Part shown: piece after piece, positions 32,705-46,636 of the stretch
Position numbering within the stretch: the stretch's first letter is position 1
Layout of the letters: each line of letters starts with the position of its first letter
DNA from: Auanema rhodensis
Lineage: Eukaryota; Animalia; Nematoda
Length of the DNA stretch: 64,000 bases
Direction: 5' to 3'
Assembly: GCA_964057225.1 (NCBI GenBank)
Contig: OZ059899.1
Span: 7,812,001 to 7,876,000, forward strand
Notes under the pieces: generated by a model
Told to the model about the DNA's origin: nothing
Databases searched by the model: none
What the model saw: the letters and a program-made list of their open reading frames with translations, nothing else
Translations under genes and position numbers: made by a program

Positions 32705-34421
32705 ATGCTTGGAAGAAGTTCCTCATCCGTAAAATCTGCAGCTAACCTTTTGCGTTCAGTACAAGTCCGTTCTTCGAGTTCAGGACTGAATTTCCGTATG
32801 TTTATTAATGAAAATCCTATTTTTGAGATCATCATTTATATAAATCACTTCAGAGTTTTCTGATGACCAGAAACAACTCCGTGAATCTGTTCGTAAGTTC
32901 GTTCAGGAGGAAATTATTCCTGTAGCTAGCCATTATGATAAAACTATGGAATATCCTTGGGATATAATGAAGAAAGCTCACGCTATCGGATTCCTCAACA
33001 CCGACATCCCCGCGGAGTACGGTAGGCGTAAAATGTCTCTTCTCGAGCTCAGTTAAACTCTATTTACAGGAGGAATTGGTCTTGACCAAATTAGTAATGT
33101 AATGGTTAGTGAAGAAATCGCTTATGGATGCTCTGGTAAATTTGCAAAATAAATACAATCGAATTTGGAATCTATAGGAATTGGAACCGCAATTATGGGT
33201 AATGGACTTGCTGAGACACCTTTAATTCTTTGTGCCAACGATGACATCAAGAAACGTTATTTAACTAGAATGGTGGAAGAACCACTAATTGCAGTAAGAT
33301 AAGAATGAAACTATTTTCATGAATCTTTAATGCATAGGCTTACTGTGTCACAGAGCCAGGAGCTGGATCTGATGTTGGTGGAGTCAAAACCAAGGCTGAA
33401 AAGAAGGGTGATGAGTATGTGATCAACGGATCCAAAATGTGGATCACTAACGGTGGTCATGCTAACTGGTAACATCGATTTGTTTGGGTTGAAACCTATT
33501 TAATTTGGACAGGTATTTCGTTTTGGCTCGTACTGATGCTGACCCAAAATGTCCCTCTGGAAAGGCTTTCACTGGTTTCGTCGTTGATGCTGATAGTCCA
33601 GGAGTCATCCGTGGCAAAAAAGTATATTGAATTGCTTATGGTATTCTATTTCAAATCATAATTGCAGGAAATCAACATGGGACAACGTTGCTCTGATACT
33701 AGAGGAATTACCTTCGAAGACGTTAGAGTTCCCGCCGCTAATGTTATCGGAGCCCATGGAGAAGGGTTTAAGGTTTTAAAATGTTTGTTATGATATTTGT
33801 GAGTGAATAGTTTCTTTTTAGGTTGCTATGAAGACTTTCGATAGAACCCGTCCATTGGTTGCCGCTTTAGCCGTAGGAGTAGCTGCACGCTGTCTTGATG
33901 AAGCAACCAAATATTCTTTAGAAAGAAAGACTTTCGGAACTCAAATCGCTAACGTATGAAAATAGTATTAACTCTATATTCTTATTATATTATATAGCAT
34001 CAAGCAATCCAATTCATTCTTGCTGATATGGCTATGAATTTGGAGTTATCTCGTCTCATGACTTACAAGAGTGCTTATGAATGTGAATTGGGAAGACCAG
34101 GATCTTATTATGCTTCTCTTGCGAAACTGTTCGCTTCTGAGACTGCTAACTTGGCAGCTACCAATTGTGTTCAAGTACATTCATTTCATTCGTTTTACTA
34201 TAATTGCTTAACTTAATTCAAGGTTTTTGGCGGTGCCGGATTTAATACTGAATACCCTGCTGAAAAGTTGATGAGAGATGCTAAGATTTTCCAAATTTAC
34301 GAGGGAACCAGTCAAGTAGTTTGATTCTAATTTTACGCTTTTGAGAAATTTCTTCTAGGTCCAAAGAATGGTTATTGCTAGACAATTGCTTGCTCGTATT
34401 AAGACTAATGGAGGATATTAA
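32705..34421 (+). CDS. Mitochondrial medium-chain acyl-CoA dehydrogenase (ACADM-like), paralogue 1, ~11 exons
   Basis: Presequence-like [22 protein letters not shown], then [50 protein letters not shown] and [18 protein letters not shown] (catalytic Glu). Confidence 0.92.
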
Positions 34422-34563
34422 ATGAAATTACTTCAAGATTCTACGGTTGAATACTAATGTACACACTCTAACTGTTTCGATGTATTTATTAATTTATTGT
34501 GAATGTATGTCTTACAGAAATACTTTTAAAATCCTATCAGATAATTTTTTCTTCGTTCTTCTT

Positions 34564-34633
34564 CGGCGTTTCACGCTCCGTTATCTTTTAATTTGTACTT
34601 TTGATCTTTTATTTCATTCTTGATGTTTGATAG
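34564..34633 (+). promoter_or_regulatory. Candidate operon intercistronic Ur element (stem-loop + UAYYUU) and trans-splice acceptor
   Basis: The hairpin CGGCGTTTCACGCTCCG (34564-34580) is followed by TATCTT (34582-34587), a U-rich tract, and AG at 34632-34633, 5 nt before the ATG. The intergenic gap is 217 bp. Confidence 0.55.
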
Positions 34634-34638
34634 GCATT

Positions 34639-36480
34639 ATGCTTTCCCGTATACTACCAAGACTTCATCCAGCTGCTACTAATGTATGCTCTAGCAGATC
34701 TATGTCATTTGGTAATTTTGCTTTAAATTTGCTTCTAAATTGTTTTAATTTTCTCAGATCTTACTGATACCCAAAAGGAAATTCAACAAGCTGCTTTGAA
34801 ATTCGCAAAAGAAGAACTTGTTCCAATTGCTGCCAAGCATGATGAAAGTGGCGAATTTCCATGGGATATTGTTAAGAAGGCTCACTCACTTGGTTTCATG
34901 AATCCTCAAATTCCCGAAAAATACGGAGGACCTGGAATGTCTACCCTTGAAACTGCTCTTATTGTTGAGGCTTTGTGCTATGGATGTACTGGATTGCAAT
35001 TGGCTATCATGGGACCTTCTCTCGCCTTAGCCCCTGTCTATATTGCCGGTAACGAAGAACAAAAAAAGAAATACTTAGGTATATAAGATATTATTCTTGT
35101 TTATATGTAACATATATATTAGGATGGTTGGCATCTGAGCCTATCATTGCCTCTTACTGTGTTACTGAGCCAGGAGCTGGATCTGATGTAAATGGTGTGA
35201 AGACTAAGGCGGAGAAGAAAGGTGATGAGTACATCATCAACGGATCTAAGGCTTGGATTACTGGAGGAGGACATGCTAAATGGTTCTTCGTTTTGGCTCG
35301 TACTGATTCTAATCCTAAGACTCCTGCTGGAAAAGCTTTCACTGCTTTCATCGTTGACGGAGATACCCCGGGAATTATCAGGGGAAAGAAGGTTTCTTAT
35401 TTGTTATTTAATTTTCTAAATTTTAAAAAATTAACAGGAAAAAAATATGGGTCAAAGATGTGCCGATACCAGAACTATCACTTTTGAAGATGTTCGTGTT
35501 CCTGCTGCCAATGTTCTTGGTGCTCCTGGAGCTGGATTCAAGGTTTATACATCTCATTTCGTAATGCATCTTTTAAGTATAGGTAGCTATGGGCGCTTTC
35601 GACATGACAAGACCTGGTGTTGCTGCTGGTGCTCTTGGTTTAGCTTGGAGAGCTTTAGATGAGTCTGCTAACTATTCTCTTCAAAGAAAAACTTTTGGAA
35701 CCGAAATTGCCAATGTAATTTATATTATAATTATCAAAATTAATTGAAATTAATTTAGCATCAAGCTGTCCAATTCATGTTGGCGGATATGGCAATGAAC
35801 CTTGAACTTTCTCGCTTGGTCACCTATAGAGCTGCTCAAGATGTAGACAACAAGGTCAGTATATTGGAACTTTCAAGAGATTAAGCAAATACGGAGATTC
35901 ACTTTCTTTTTCTACTTTATTTCCTTAATGCATTTCATGGAATGCATACAACCGGTTCATACCGCAATTAATCAAACAGTTATCAGTACTTGAAAGTAAC
36001 TCCACGTAACTATACATTTTTGTTTTAACATATGCAAATAACGGCAAAAATTCGTGAAAAAAATGAAAATCCTTCATTAAAGGAACTTTTTATAATTTAA
36101 ATATTTCAGGTTCGTTCATCTTACTTTGCCTCAATTGCTAAGTGCTTCGCTGCTGACACCGCCAACCAGGCTGCCACCAATGCTGTTCAGGTTAATTAAC
36201 TTATTCAATTTTCTATAAACCTAAAAATTCAACAATTGGTTTACCTGCAGATCTTCGGAGGTAATGGTTTTAACAGTGAGTACCCCGTTGAGAAGTTAAT
36301 GAGAGATGCCAAAATCTACCAAATTTATGAAGGAACTAGTCAAGTAAGTATTATTATTATTGTGTTTTTGAATGTGTATCAAACTATGTGCTCATATTTG
36401 GTTTTCAGATTCAAAGAATGGTTATTGCTAGAATGCTTCTTGGCAATTTCCAACAGACTGGAACTAGCCGTACTAACTGA
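34639..36480 (+). CDS. Mitochondrial medium-chain acyl-CoA dehydrogenase, paralogue 2 (C. elegans acdh-7/8/10 group), ~9 exons
   Basis: [60 protein letters not shown] and [33 protein letters not shown]. The exact orthologue within the group cannot be resolved by eye. Confidence 0.93.
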
Positions 36481-36789
36481 AAAAAGAGATAACACTGTAT
36501 ATCGTTTCCTTTGTAAACAATGGTCCTTACATATTTATTTATTATGTGTAATTATAAATTGAGAATAATGAATTCTTTGAGTCATATTATACATTTGAGA
36601 TACATTGTTTTATACTTAAACAGCGAGATTGTCGTCTTGAAACACGCCCCGTTACACTTGGCAATGTCTATAACAAAGCAGGGGAAAGCAGTTTCTCCTT
36701 CGGCTTCTTCTTTATTTCTTGCCACGCTACGACCAGCTAGAGGTCGTTCATTGTGCTACTCCTTTCTGTATTCGGTTTAGAAGGACATA

Positions 36790-37047
36790 ATGAATTTTTT
36801 ACTTGTGATGCTTGTTGGACCATTTAGCTATCTATTAGCTATTATTATGTTGCTGGCTATGTATAAATCACTAGAAAGTAAGAGTAACATTTTGATTTTT
36901 CTTTCTTTTTTAAAAGTATTTTTTATTGAAATTCAATAACGATTACTTTTATCAGTGTGTGTCATTTTATTCTTTATCGATAGATGTAAATTTATATTTT
37001 GATCGTTTTCAGATGATAATCATGTAGAACAGCAATTCATCGTATAA
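36790..37047 (+). CDS. Putative 40-aa single-pass membrane microprotein (exons 36790-36877, 37013-37047)
   Basis: GTTTAG acceptor 9 nt before the ATG and a consensus gtaag...tttcag intron. Translation: MNFLLVMLVGPFSYLLAIIMLLAMYKSLENDNHVEQQFIV*. Confidence 0.6.
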
Positions 37048-38254
37048 GGTTAGATCATGGTGGCTACTTTCAACTATTTGAAATAATTTTCTCATCTTCT
37101 CAATTATATACGAGTATTTTTATGATATTGTTTATATATTATATGTATAATAAATGACTTCATCTTTCAACGTAATTTTCTTGATTGTTTTTCTGATAAA
37201 GGTACAAACATTTAGTTTGAAATGAATACTACACTATACTAATCAGAATGGATGACGAGTCTTATCTTTTCAAAAACGCTTTCGTTTTAGGTATAATTAA
37301 AAAAGGTTCTATTACTTTCTTAATTTAATGTAAGATAGCTACAATGGAGTACCAATGATCAAACTTTTCCTTTTCCGTGTCATAGAGAAACGAGGATAGA
37401 TACAGGAAGAGGAGTTACTGTTCTTTTCGACAACCTCTCTCTCTCTTTCCCTTTCCACTTCTTTCGGAACCTCTCTATTTCTCTCCCTATTGCTACTTCT
37501 CTCATCTTCTAGATTTCCTAACATTCAGTTGTAGTCGGATAAGAACTGGGTCAGTCACGGACCATAATCGATCGCACCCAACTGTGAAATCCACAATTTG
37601 AAGCAATTTAGAATTTTTATTTCATATTTTGATCTGATATTCATATTTTCAATTTTTCTCCTCCTAAAATATGTCGGTTTTGTACTTATTGTGTTTCTAA
37701 TATTTCTATTTTGCCGTTCAGTGTGACTAAATTCGATGTTGTCATGTAACTTAAATCATTTGTCACCGCTTTGAGAATCGATAACTTCTACAGGTACAAG
37801 ACACATCTAAGGAATTCAATCTAGTCGTTGAACATCTGAACTTTTTACTTTTCTTTCAGTATTTTTTTCTCATTTTATTATTACATTTGAAAATTTAAGA
37901 AAAAGTAATTAGGAAGTAATCAGTTCAAACAAAGGACTGTTTTTATTTCTAATTTGGTACTAGTTGTATTTTAAATAAATTTTAAATATATTAATATAAA
38001 TTTTCACTATATATATTTTTTAATTTCTAAAGAAAAAATTTTCTTCTTCCACCACCTTTCATTGTGACTGTATTCGACCTCGATTGTATCCCATTTATAC
38101 ATGTTCAATCACAACAAAACTATGAATTACAAGTATTCGTTGATATTTCTATTCAAAAATAGACGAGAACACATATAATTTATTTAAATTGTTCCCTCTT
38201 CTATATTAGTCATTGTTAAACGATTTTGAAGTTATTTTTTCAGTTAGGCACTGG

Positions 38255-41200
38255 ATGAAGTCATTTTTTCGTTGCGTAAATCCATTTGGGATTCTTCAGG
38301 ATTTTTTAGCTCGTTGTTTTTATAATTATGGTTTACATATAAGTAAACATCCAAAACTTTTTGCCTTAGGGCCATTAATTCTCACGGTGATTCTTAGTCT
38401 TGGAATTTTACGAGTTCGAATGGAGGTAATAAGAAATTATAGTGATATGTTTTAATGTTGTATAACATGTTAAAGGATGACCTTCGCTTTTTATATTCGC
38501 CTGCTCATTCAAGATCTCGCACAGAGTATCAAGTACATAAAGATTTTAGTGGAGATTCATTGAATAAGTAAAGCAATTTAGAAACAAAACGTAAACAAGA
38601 TATGATTAATAATATTTTCAGTTCATTCATATCTGTTACTGTTGAATCTAAAGATAACGATATAAATCTTCTTACTAGAGAGCGAGGACAATTAATCAAA
38701 AAATTTAATAGATTTGTATTAGAAAACATGACAGTAACTCTTGATGATGAAGTGGTAAGATATACTAAGCTTACAAACCATTTTAATTTCATTTTCAAGA
38801 TAAACTTTGGCTCAAAAATCTGTCCGAATCTCAAGCATTGTACACTATCGAACACCATCGTTGACATTTTTATGGATACATTTTGGAGTACTAAAGTGGG
38901 TTTTATCTCGCATTTCGTGAAATTAAGAAATCATTTTCAGCTCAGAGAAGATCCTAGGATTAAGTTTGAATACCCTACAATGAAATTTTTTGAAAACAAA
39001 CTGTTTCTACCTACCCATTTCTATGGTGTAAAAGAAGGAGGACCGTTAGGAATGGAGAGAATCGAAATGATTCATTTAATTTATCAAATTCCATCATATA
39101 AACATGTAATTATAGTTAAGCTTCTAATATATATTTAAATAATTTATTTCAGCATACATCTGATGAAGTATCACAATCATTTGTAACATCATTAAAAGAT
39201 ATTCTGGATTCGGAACATTTTCCTTTTAAAACATCTGTATTTAGTCTTAGTATTCTAAGAGATGAAATGCAAAAGAATGCAACATATACTATTCCATTTA
39301 TCTCATTAACTATTCTGCTTCTTTTAAGTTTTACTGTTGGATCATGGTAAATATCATTATATAAAAACTTGAAATAATTTCGTTTTAGTATGACTGGAGA
39401 TTGGGTTACTTCTAAACCTATTGAAGCTATGATTGGCATATTAACTTCATCTATGGCTATTGTTAGTGCTGCTGGGGTGTTATTTGCATTAGGAGAACCG
39501 TTCATCTATCAAGTTCGTTTTATGAATATATAAGATTACGGTAGTATTGTTTATTTAGGTTACTGTAATGCCATTCATTGCTCTAGCTATTGGTGTAGAT
39601 GATGTTTATGTTATGTTAGGAGCATGGCAAGACACAAAACGAACTTTACCACCCAATAAACGAATGGCCTTGGCTTTAGAAGAAGCTGGAAGGTTTAATT
39701 ATTTCAAATTTCTTTCTTAATTTTTTCAGTTTTAGTGCTATATCTGTGACATCTATTACTTCAATATTATCTTTTGGCATTGGAACATTTTCATCTACAC
39801 CAGCTATTTCTATTTTCTGTAAATTTATTTCAGTTGCTGTTTTATTTGATTGGTTTTACCAGGTTTTTTTTTTCAAAAATTATTCATAATCTAAAATTTT
39901 AAATCTCATTAGTTGACATTCTTTGCCGCTGTTATGGTTTTGGGGGCAAGACGTGAAACTGCTGGCTATCATTGTATATTTGTATGGAGGAAATGTTCAA
40001 AAGAAGAAATATCTAAGGTTTTCTTACTTTAATATCAAAATTGTTTTTAAACTGATCTCTTCTAGTCTAAAGAGCCAGATGCCATGTCACCTACACGGCA
40101 TTTCTTTTCAAATGTTTTTGCTCCATTCATTTGTCATCCAGTCGTCAGAATATTTTTGGTAAGATATATAATAGAAATATATTTAAAAATTACTTGAAAA
40201 TACATTTTTATAGTTTATGATATATGGTGTTTATATTTTCTTAGCTTTCTATGGATGTTCTCTATTACATCCAAATTTGACTCCTTCTCGATTGGTAATT
40301 ATACAGATATATGTTATATTTTTCTTTTTTATTCTTTCAGGTTGTTGATGATTCACCACTTATTGATTACTTACATCTTGCTGAGAATAAAATATGGGCT
40401 GAAGGATTAATTGGAAGAGTTTATGTGACAAATGCTCCAGATTTCAGTAAACATCCTGAAAAGGTATCATTTGGCGAGTGAAAATAATAAATTCGTCAAA
40501 TTTCCAGATTGATAATTTCCTTCAAATGGTTCATGAACTTGAAAACACACCGTATTCAATGGGTTCAAATTCTACTTCTCTCTGGCTACATGATTTCAAC
40601 AACTATCGTCAATTTTTCTCGGAAGGCGATGAAAAGTCAGATTCTATTATTTGGAATTTTAACATTAAATTCTTTGCATGATTTCAGGTTTTATCGAACT
40701 CTGAAATCATTTTTACAAGTTTCTTTTAATAATCATTGGGAGACTGATATACAATGGGTTAATAGAACGGTATTATATATTATATATACTTTTTTATTAT
40801 AAAAATAACTTTAGGAAGATGATGAACCTATTATTAATAAGTTTATGTTCACAACAGCGTTCAAGATTGCAAATTGGAGTGTTAGAACTGAACTTCTTTT
40901 GATGTGGAGAAATATTACATCTCATTATCCTGAATTTCAAGCTCTTGTATTTGATGAAAATAATTTCTACAGTGATCAGGTACAGTTATAACTTATGAAA
41001 ACAGCCTATACTATTAAAATTTCAGATGCTAGAATTACAAACAACAACTCTACAATCACTTGGAACTGCTATATTAACTCTTATCACAGGTAAATACTTC
41101 TACAGTAATCTATTGAGTATATTTTTGTAGTTTGTATCGTATTTGTTGCTGAATCACAAATCGTGTTTTGGGTAGTATTTACCTTAATTTCTATGGATAT

Positions 41201-41722
41201 TGGCACAGCTGGATTCTTATCTCTTTGGGGAGCTGATCTTGATCCCACTACTGTAGTTAATATTTTGGTAACATATAAAGTTCCTTTTCATTTTCTTACC
41301 AAAATTTACAGATGTCTATTGGGCAGTGTATTGATTTTGCAACTCACGTCGGATATCGTATATACAGATCAGAATTCCGTGATCCCGATGAGAGAATGAG
41401 AGATGCTTTAGGAGCTATTGGATGGCCTGTTCTTCAAGCAGGAACATCTACTTTACTAGGTAAACTCTGAATATCTCAATTCTATAAAGATTTTTAATAT
41501 TTAGCCATTGTTGTAATGATTCTTGTGCCATCTAATGCTGTTCGAATGTTTGCAAGAACTTCTGTACTCGTTGTGGCTACAGGTTTATTCCATGGATTAC
41601 TCATACTACCAATCACAATCAGGTTTCAATAACTTAATAATCTATTTAAAACATCACAATTATCTATTTGCAGAACGTTTGCTAGCAGTGCTAAAGCACA
41701 TGAACCTGCTATCAAACACTAA
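38255..41722 (+). CDS. Patched-related (PTR) sterol-sensing-domain RND-type membrane protein, multi-exon
   Basis: [34 protein letters not shown] motif [68 protein letters not shown] and [10 protein letters not shown]. The ptr number is not assigned. Confidence 0.92.
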
Positions 41723-44700
41723 GAGATCATGCCATCAGCATTACAAGAATAAGATATAAAAAGGTTTCAAGTAACTACGTGTGCTAAAGGGTTGGTGCCA
41801 AATTTTGATTGGAATTTTGTATAACATATTGAATTATAGTCTACTTAATCTGAAAAGTGAATTTTTTAATCATTTTTTGGTTTTAATTTATACTTTTCAT
41901 ATGATCAAATTATAAAAAAATCTCAAAATGTTATAGATAATATACCCAATATCTCATACTATATATACACATAATAGAATAGGAATAATATATATATATA
42001 TATAGTATTATGAATGTAATATAGTTCTTTAAAATTCTCTGTGATATTTGAAGTTTTATATGAATATTGTATTGTTCTTTCTCATTATCTACTTCGTTTA
42101 TTTCTTACTTCACCTATTTTTCTATCACTTTTAATTTTTTTTATTCACATTTTCTGTTTATTTTTATATTTTAAATATTATTAATAATAATAATAAATTG
42201 TTTTTTCTGTTAGTAACTTTCATTGACTTGGAGTATTAAATACCATTATCCTCACATTTAAACCCAGGAGAAAAAATATAAAAAAAGGAATGGTTTGGTA
42301 AAAAGAGAGCAAGAAGTCCAGATCTTGAAAGAGATGGCAGGTGACAACTCTTAAATCGATTATAGCTGATGAGGCTTCTTCTCTGAATCAGCTCAAGTTT
42401 ATCTTCTCTTTTCCTCTCATCACGCAAACAGATACTCAATTTCTTGTGTCTAAACTCTCTTGTTCATCTTGTAGGCCGTCTTGTCATCTAATCTGTATAA
42501 CATAGCCTTTGATAACCTTCGTTCTTAAAGACAAATCAATTCCTCATCTGAATGTTATTACAAATAATTTTTCAATTTGAATGGTACTATTTCAAAACTA
42601 ATTTTTTTACCTTATTGATATAGCTTAGCGTCTAAAATTTTGAACACCTTATCTACATATTTTCTCATTCTTTCATTTGTCTGCGAAAATCTATATGACA
42701 TTTATTATTTTTTTCTTAAAAAATTTATATATTAAAATTATTATTAGTTTTTAATATTTTTTTAAAATCAATTTAAAATATCACAAATATGTCTATAAAT
42801 TGAATAAAATTATTAGTTCACATAAGGACATGTATAGATATGTACATGTATTTTACAGTAATAAGAAGAAATCTTCTTCTTATTTTTAAAATTATATTAA
42901 GGTTACTTAATGTATTATATAATAGTATATTAACTTATATATTATAATAAACTCAATAACTATTACTTATTTTGCAATAATATTGTAAGAAATTTTCAGA
43001 GAAATTTGTTTGAAAGAAATTTGATAATTCGCACGTATTTGCATTTTTCATCATTTTTTTTCTCTTATTTATATGAATATAATAATATTTAATACAAAAA
43101 CATAACAGAATATTGTATTAAATTTGTAGTTTTTTTAAAATTTAAAGTATGAGCAGTATCAAACTAAGATATACTATATGCATATATATGTATATTATAT
43201 ATTAAATCAGATGAATTTAAAGAAATCATTGTATGAATTTCTGAAACAAAACACCTGCTTGACAGATTGATATTTCAGCTTTTACTTGACTTATCAAACT
43301 CTCATTCATTCACCACTCTCTCACTCTCTCAATCATGCCTTACCTCCCTAGCTGTTCCACTGTTCCATGTTGTCTCCAAAAGCTGTTTCCAAAAAAAAAT
43401 TCCATGAAGGCAGGAACAAACAACGAAGAACATTTGACTTTGACTTCATATTCGATTGATGTTTTATTTCTTTTTAATTTTTCATTGTTTTTGTAAGATA
43501 AGTGAGAACCTGTGTGATATGTCGTTGAAGCTGTTTCATTATCACACACAAATCTCTATACCTCTCTCCTGGATTCTATTACATCCTACTACTCTATTTC
43601 GTTATTTCTATATCGTTTTGCTCTCTTTCTACTATTTCTTTTGGGTCTTCTTCTCTGTAATTCTCTCTCTTTATGATCTGATCTATTGCGATTTCGTTTC
43701 CTTTATTTCTCTCTTTCAACCCTCAACTGCTTCCAACTTCTTCATCCACTTTATTGCGTCGGCTGCTCGCTCAGATCATCGTACGGCTACGACAAACTTG
43801 AGAACTATCAGCTTCTGCGATTATACTGACTACATCCACTGTATCATTTTCGTCTGTCTGGTGCAAGACGTCTGTGATCACACCATGAGAATATTCAATA
43901 TTTGATACAAACCCATCAATACACATTTTTAATGATTGAAGAGAAAAAATAATTTATTAAACTATTTTCTGAACATTTTGAAGATGTGATTTATGTGAAA
44001 CCATAGAGCAGAAGTCAAGTTCTCAAGATGTAAGGATATCATCAAGAAAAAAAGAAAAAAACGATTAATTGACGTTCAACTTCTAATCATGAGTCACTTG
44101 AGAGAAGAAATAATCGGACAAATCGTATACAGAATTATGTTTGAATTCTATTTTTATATTCCGTTTTCGAAGTCATATATGTCCTGAAACATGTGAACAA
44201 CTTCTTTTACTTGTTATCTAATTCAACTAAATATAAATATATCTATTAATCAGTTTTATTAATTACTTATATTACTATTATATATAAATTAATTATTCAT
44301 TTTTTACTCATCATTTTTCCTTTTCGTATCTTTTCGCTCATACATCATGTTTCTGTCAGTCAGCAAAGACGACACTGTCTTAACCACAAGCAGTCACAGC
44401 TGCTTCAACGAAACTTGCTGCAAAATTGTCATGTATGTTAGCTTTAGCTCTTGATTCATATTTAGAAAATAATTAAAGTAAAAGATTAAGTATAGAATAC
44501 TATAGATATATAATAATAATAATAATATTAATATATAAATTATAAAATAAATAAATAGATTTTGAATATTCTCACGTGAATTTGCGTGAAAATATGAAAC
44601 TCATATTCAAACTATCTTCATTTTTTTTTATTCAAACACTTGTTTAACTTTTGACGTCATAAACAAGTATCTTCTTAATATTATATTAGTTCCGAATGAT

Positions 44701-46584
44701 TGATAATGAATAAAGTGATATAAAGAAAGATTGAGCTACAAGAACTATTAAATGGAAGTATATTTAGTATAAATAAATATTTTATTTTTATATTATATAC
44801 TTTAAAAAGGGATTTATTGGATTGTATTATAAAAATAAAAATTTGTAACAATGATAAATGATGGTAAAAAAAAACATTTGTAATGGCGGATAACTGTCTA
44901 GTATACCACCTATTCTCACATTAAAAATAGTTTTTATTCTCATCATTGCTATTTCAAAACCTATTCAACCATGCTAACTATGTTAGTGATAATGTTCATG
45001 TTTCGAAGAACTTCAGTTCAAACAGTAGTTTGATTGAAACGTGTACCCTAACTAGTCAACATCGCTCAAAACATCTGATTTATAACTGGTTATTCAGTAC
45101 TTATTTTATTACTGTAGAAGCTATTTTTATATACAATTTGTGATAATGAAAGATTTAATTTGACTTATACCAGACCCCATTATCATAATTGACTCTCAAA
45201 ACTTTCATTTTAAATAGACAGAGCTTTGAACAAATTGTAATTTCGATAGTTCATTGTCTTGTCAGTTTATTGAAGATCAGAAAAGTTTTCTTTGTTCTTT
45301 TAAAAAAGTTTTTATGTAAATCAAATATTAAAATTACATAATTTTAATTTTTTTTTATTAAATATTGTTAATTTTGAATTAAAAAAAATATATTTTATTA
45401 ACGAATATTTTATCTTGAAAATGCTTATTCTCTCATCAATCTGTGGTATAATTATTATGACCAGGTTATATATTGTTGTTCAGGCAATTTGTTGAAGAAT
45501 ATTGGAAGAAAAACGTTATTTACACTATTTTCTTCTCTTGTGGTGATATTGGGCTGTTTGAAAACACATGTTTCCTACTAAATGACTCTTTATGCTCATC
45601 CTGTATTTTGCTCTTATCTCACTGCTTCTCTCTCTAGTCACTTATGTTCACATCTCAATCTCTTCATCTGACAAGCTTCAATTCGTTTTCTCTGACTTTG
45701 CTACCTTTCTATCTTTTATACTGTTGTGAATGAGACGAAACTCTCGTGGTTCAAATGAGATGATATGGATTTAAGAAGCTGAAAGAGTGAGGAAACAGAC
45801 AAAGATGTGAATCGGTTTTGTCTTCTCTTGTTGCTGCTGCTTCTTCTTTTTCTTGGTGATGACGAAGATGCTGACACATCGTGAGCTATCTGAAAGAGAA
45901 TAAGACCGAGAGAATAGAGATTTGACACAGGAAAAAAGGAAAAGATAATGAAAAAGAGAGAACAACGAAAGAAAAAGGAGAGACGAGGAAATAAGGGAGG
46001 GGGTTGAGTGAAAACTGATCTTTCTACAGCTTGTTCGATTTGCTTGTATCTTTTTTGCCTATAGTCAGTTTATAAGATAAGTTGAAACAAAGTGCTTAAA
46101 GAAAAAAACGGGGGAGGGGGTTCAACAGTTAGGGAAAAGCAGAAGATGCAGTTGCTATTGTAAGAGACTGTTTGGTGAAACTATGTTTTTCTCTTTATAA
46201 AAATAATAATATTACTCAATATAATCTATTCTAAAAATAAATAATGGAAGATTTTTGAGTATAAAGAAAGATGAATGTCAGAGAATCACAAAATGTTGAA
46301 AGCATCTCATTTTTACAGATACAGACATTTTCATTTATGCTTTCTTTTCGTTCAGAATGATGAAAAGGATTATCTTAATCCCTTTTTCTCTTTATCCATC
46401 TAATTTCATGTTCTTATTAATTAATTTTCTATTCCAAACACTGTTTACTTTTTTTTTCCATTAATGGCAACAGAAAATATTTTTGTACAGCTATTTCTTT
46501 TAATTGAATTTTTTTAAAAGATAGTAATGGTATAATATATTTTGATAAGATTGAAAATTTATACTTATACATATATTTTTATCA

Positions 46585-46587
<3 letters not shown>

Positions 46588-46633
<46 letters not shown>
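46588..46633. repeat. (CT)n microsatellite
   Basis: Directly visible; it explains the ERERER ORF. Confidence 0.9.
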
Positions 46634-46636
<3 letters not shown>

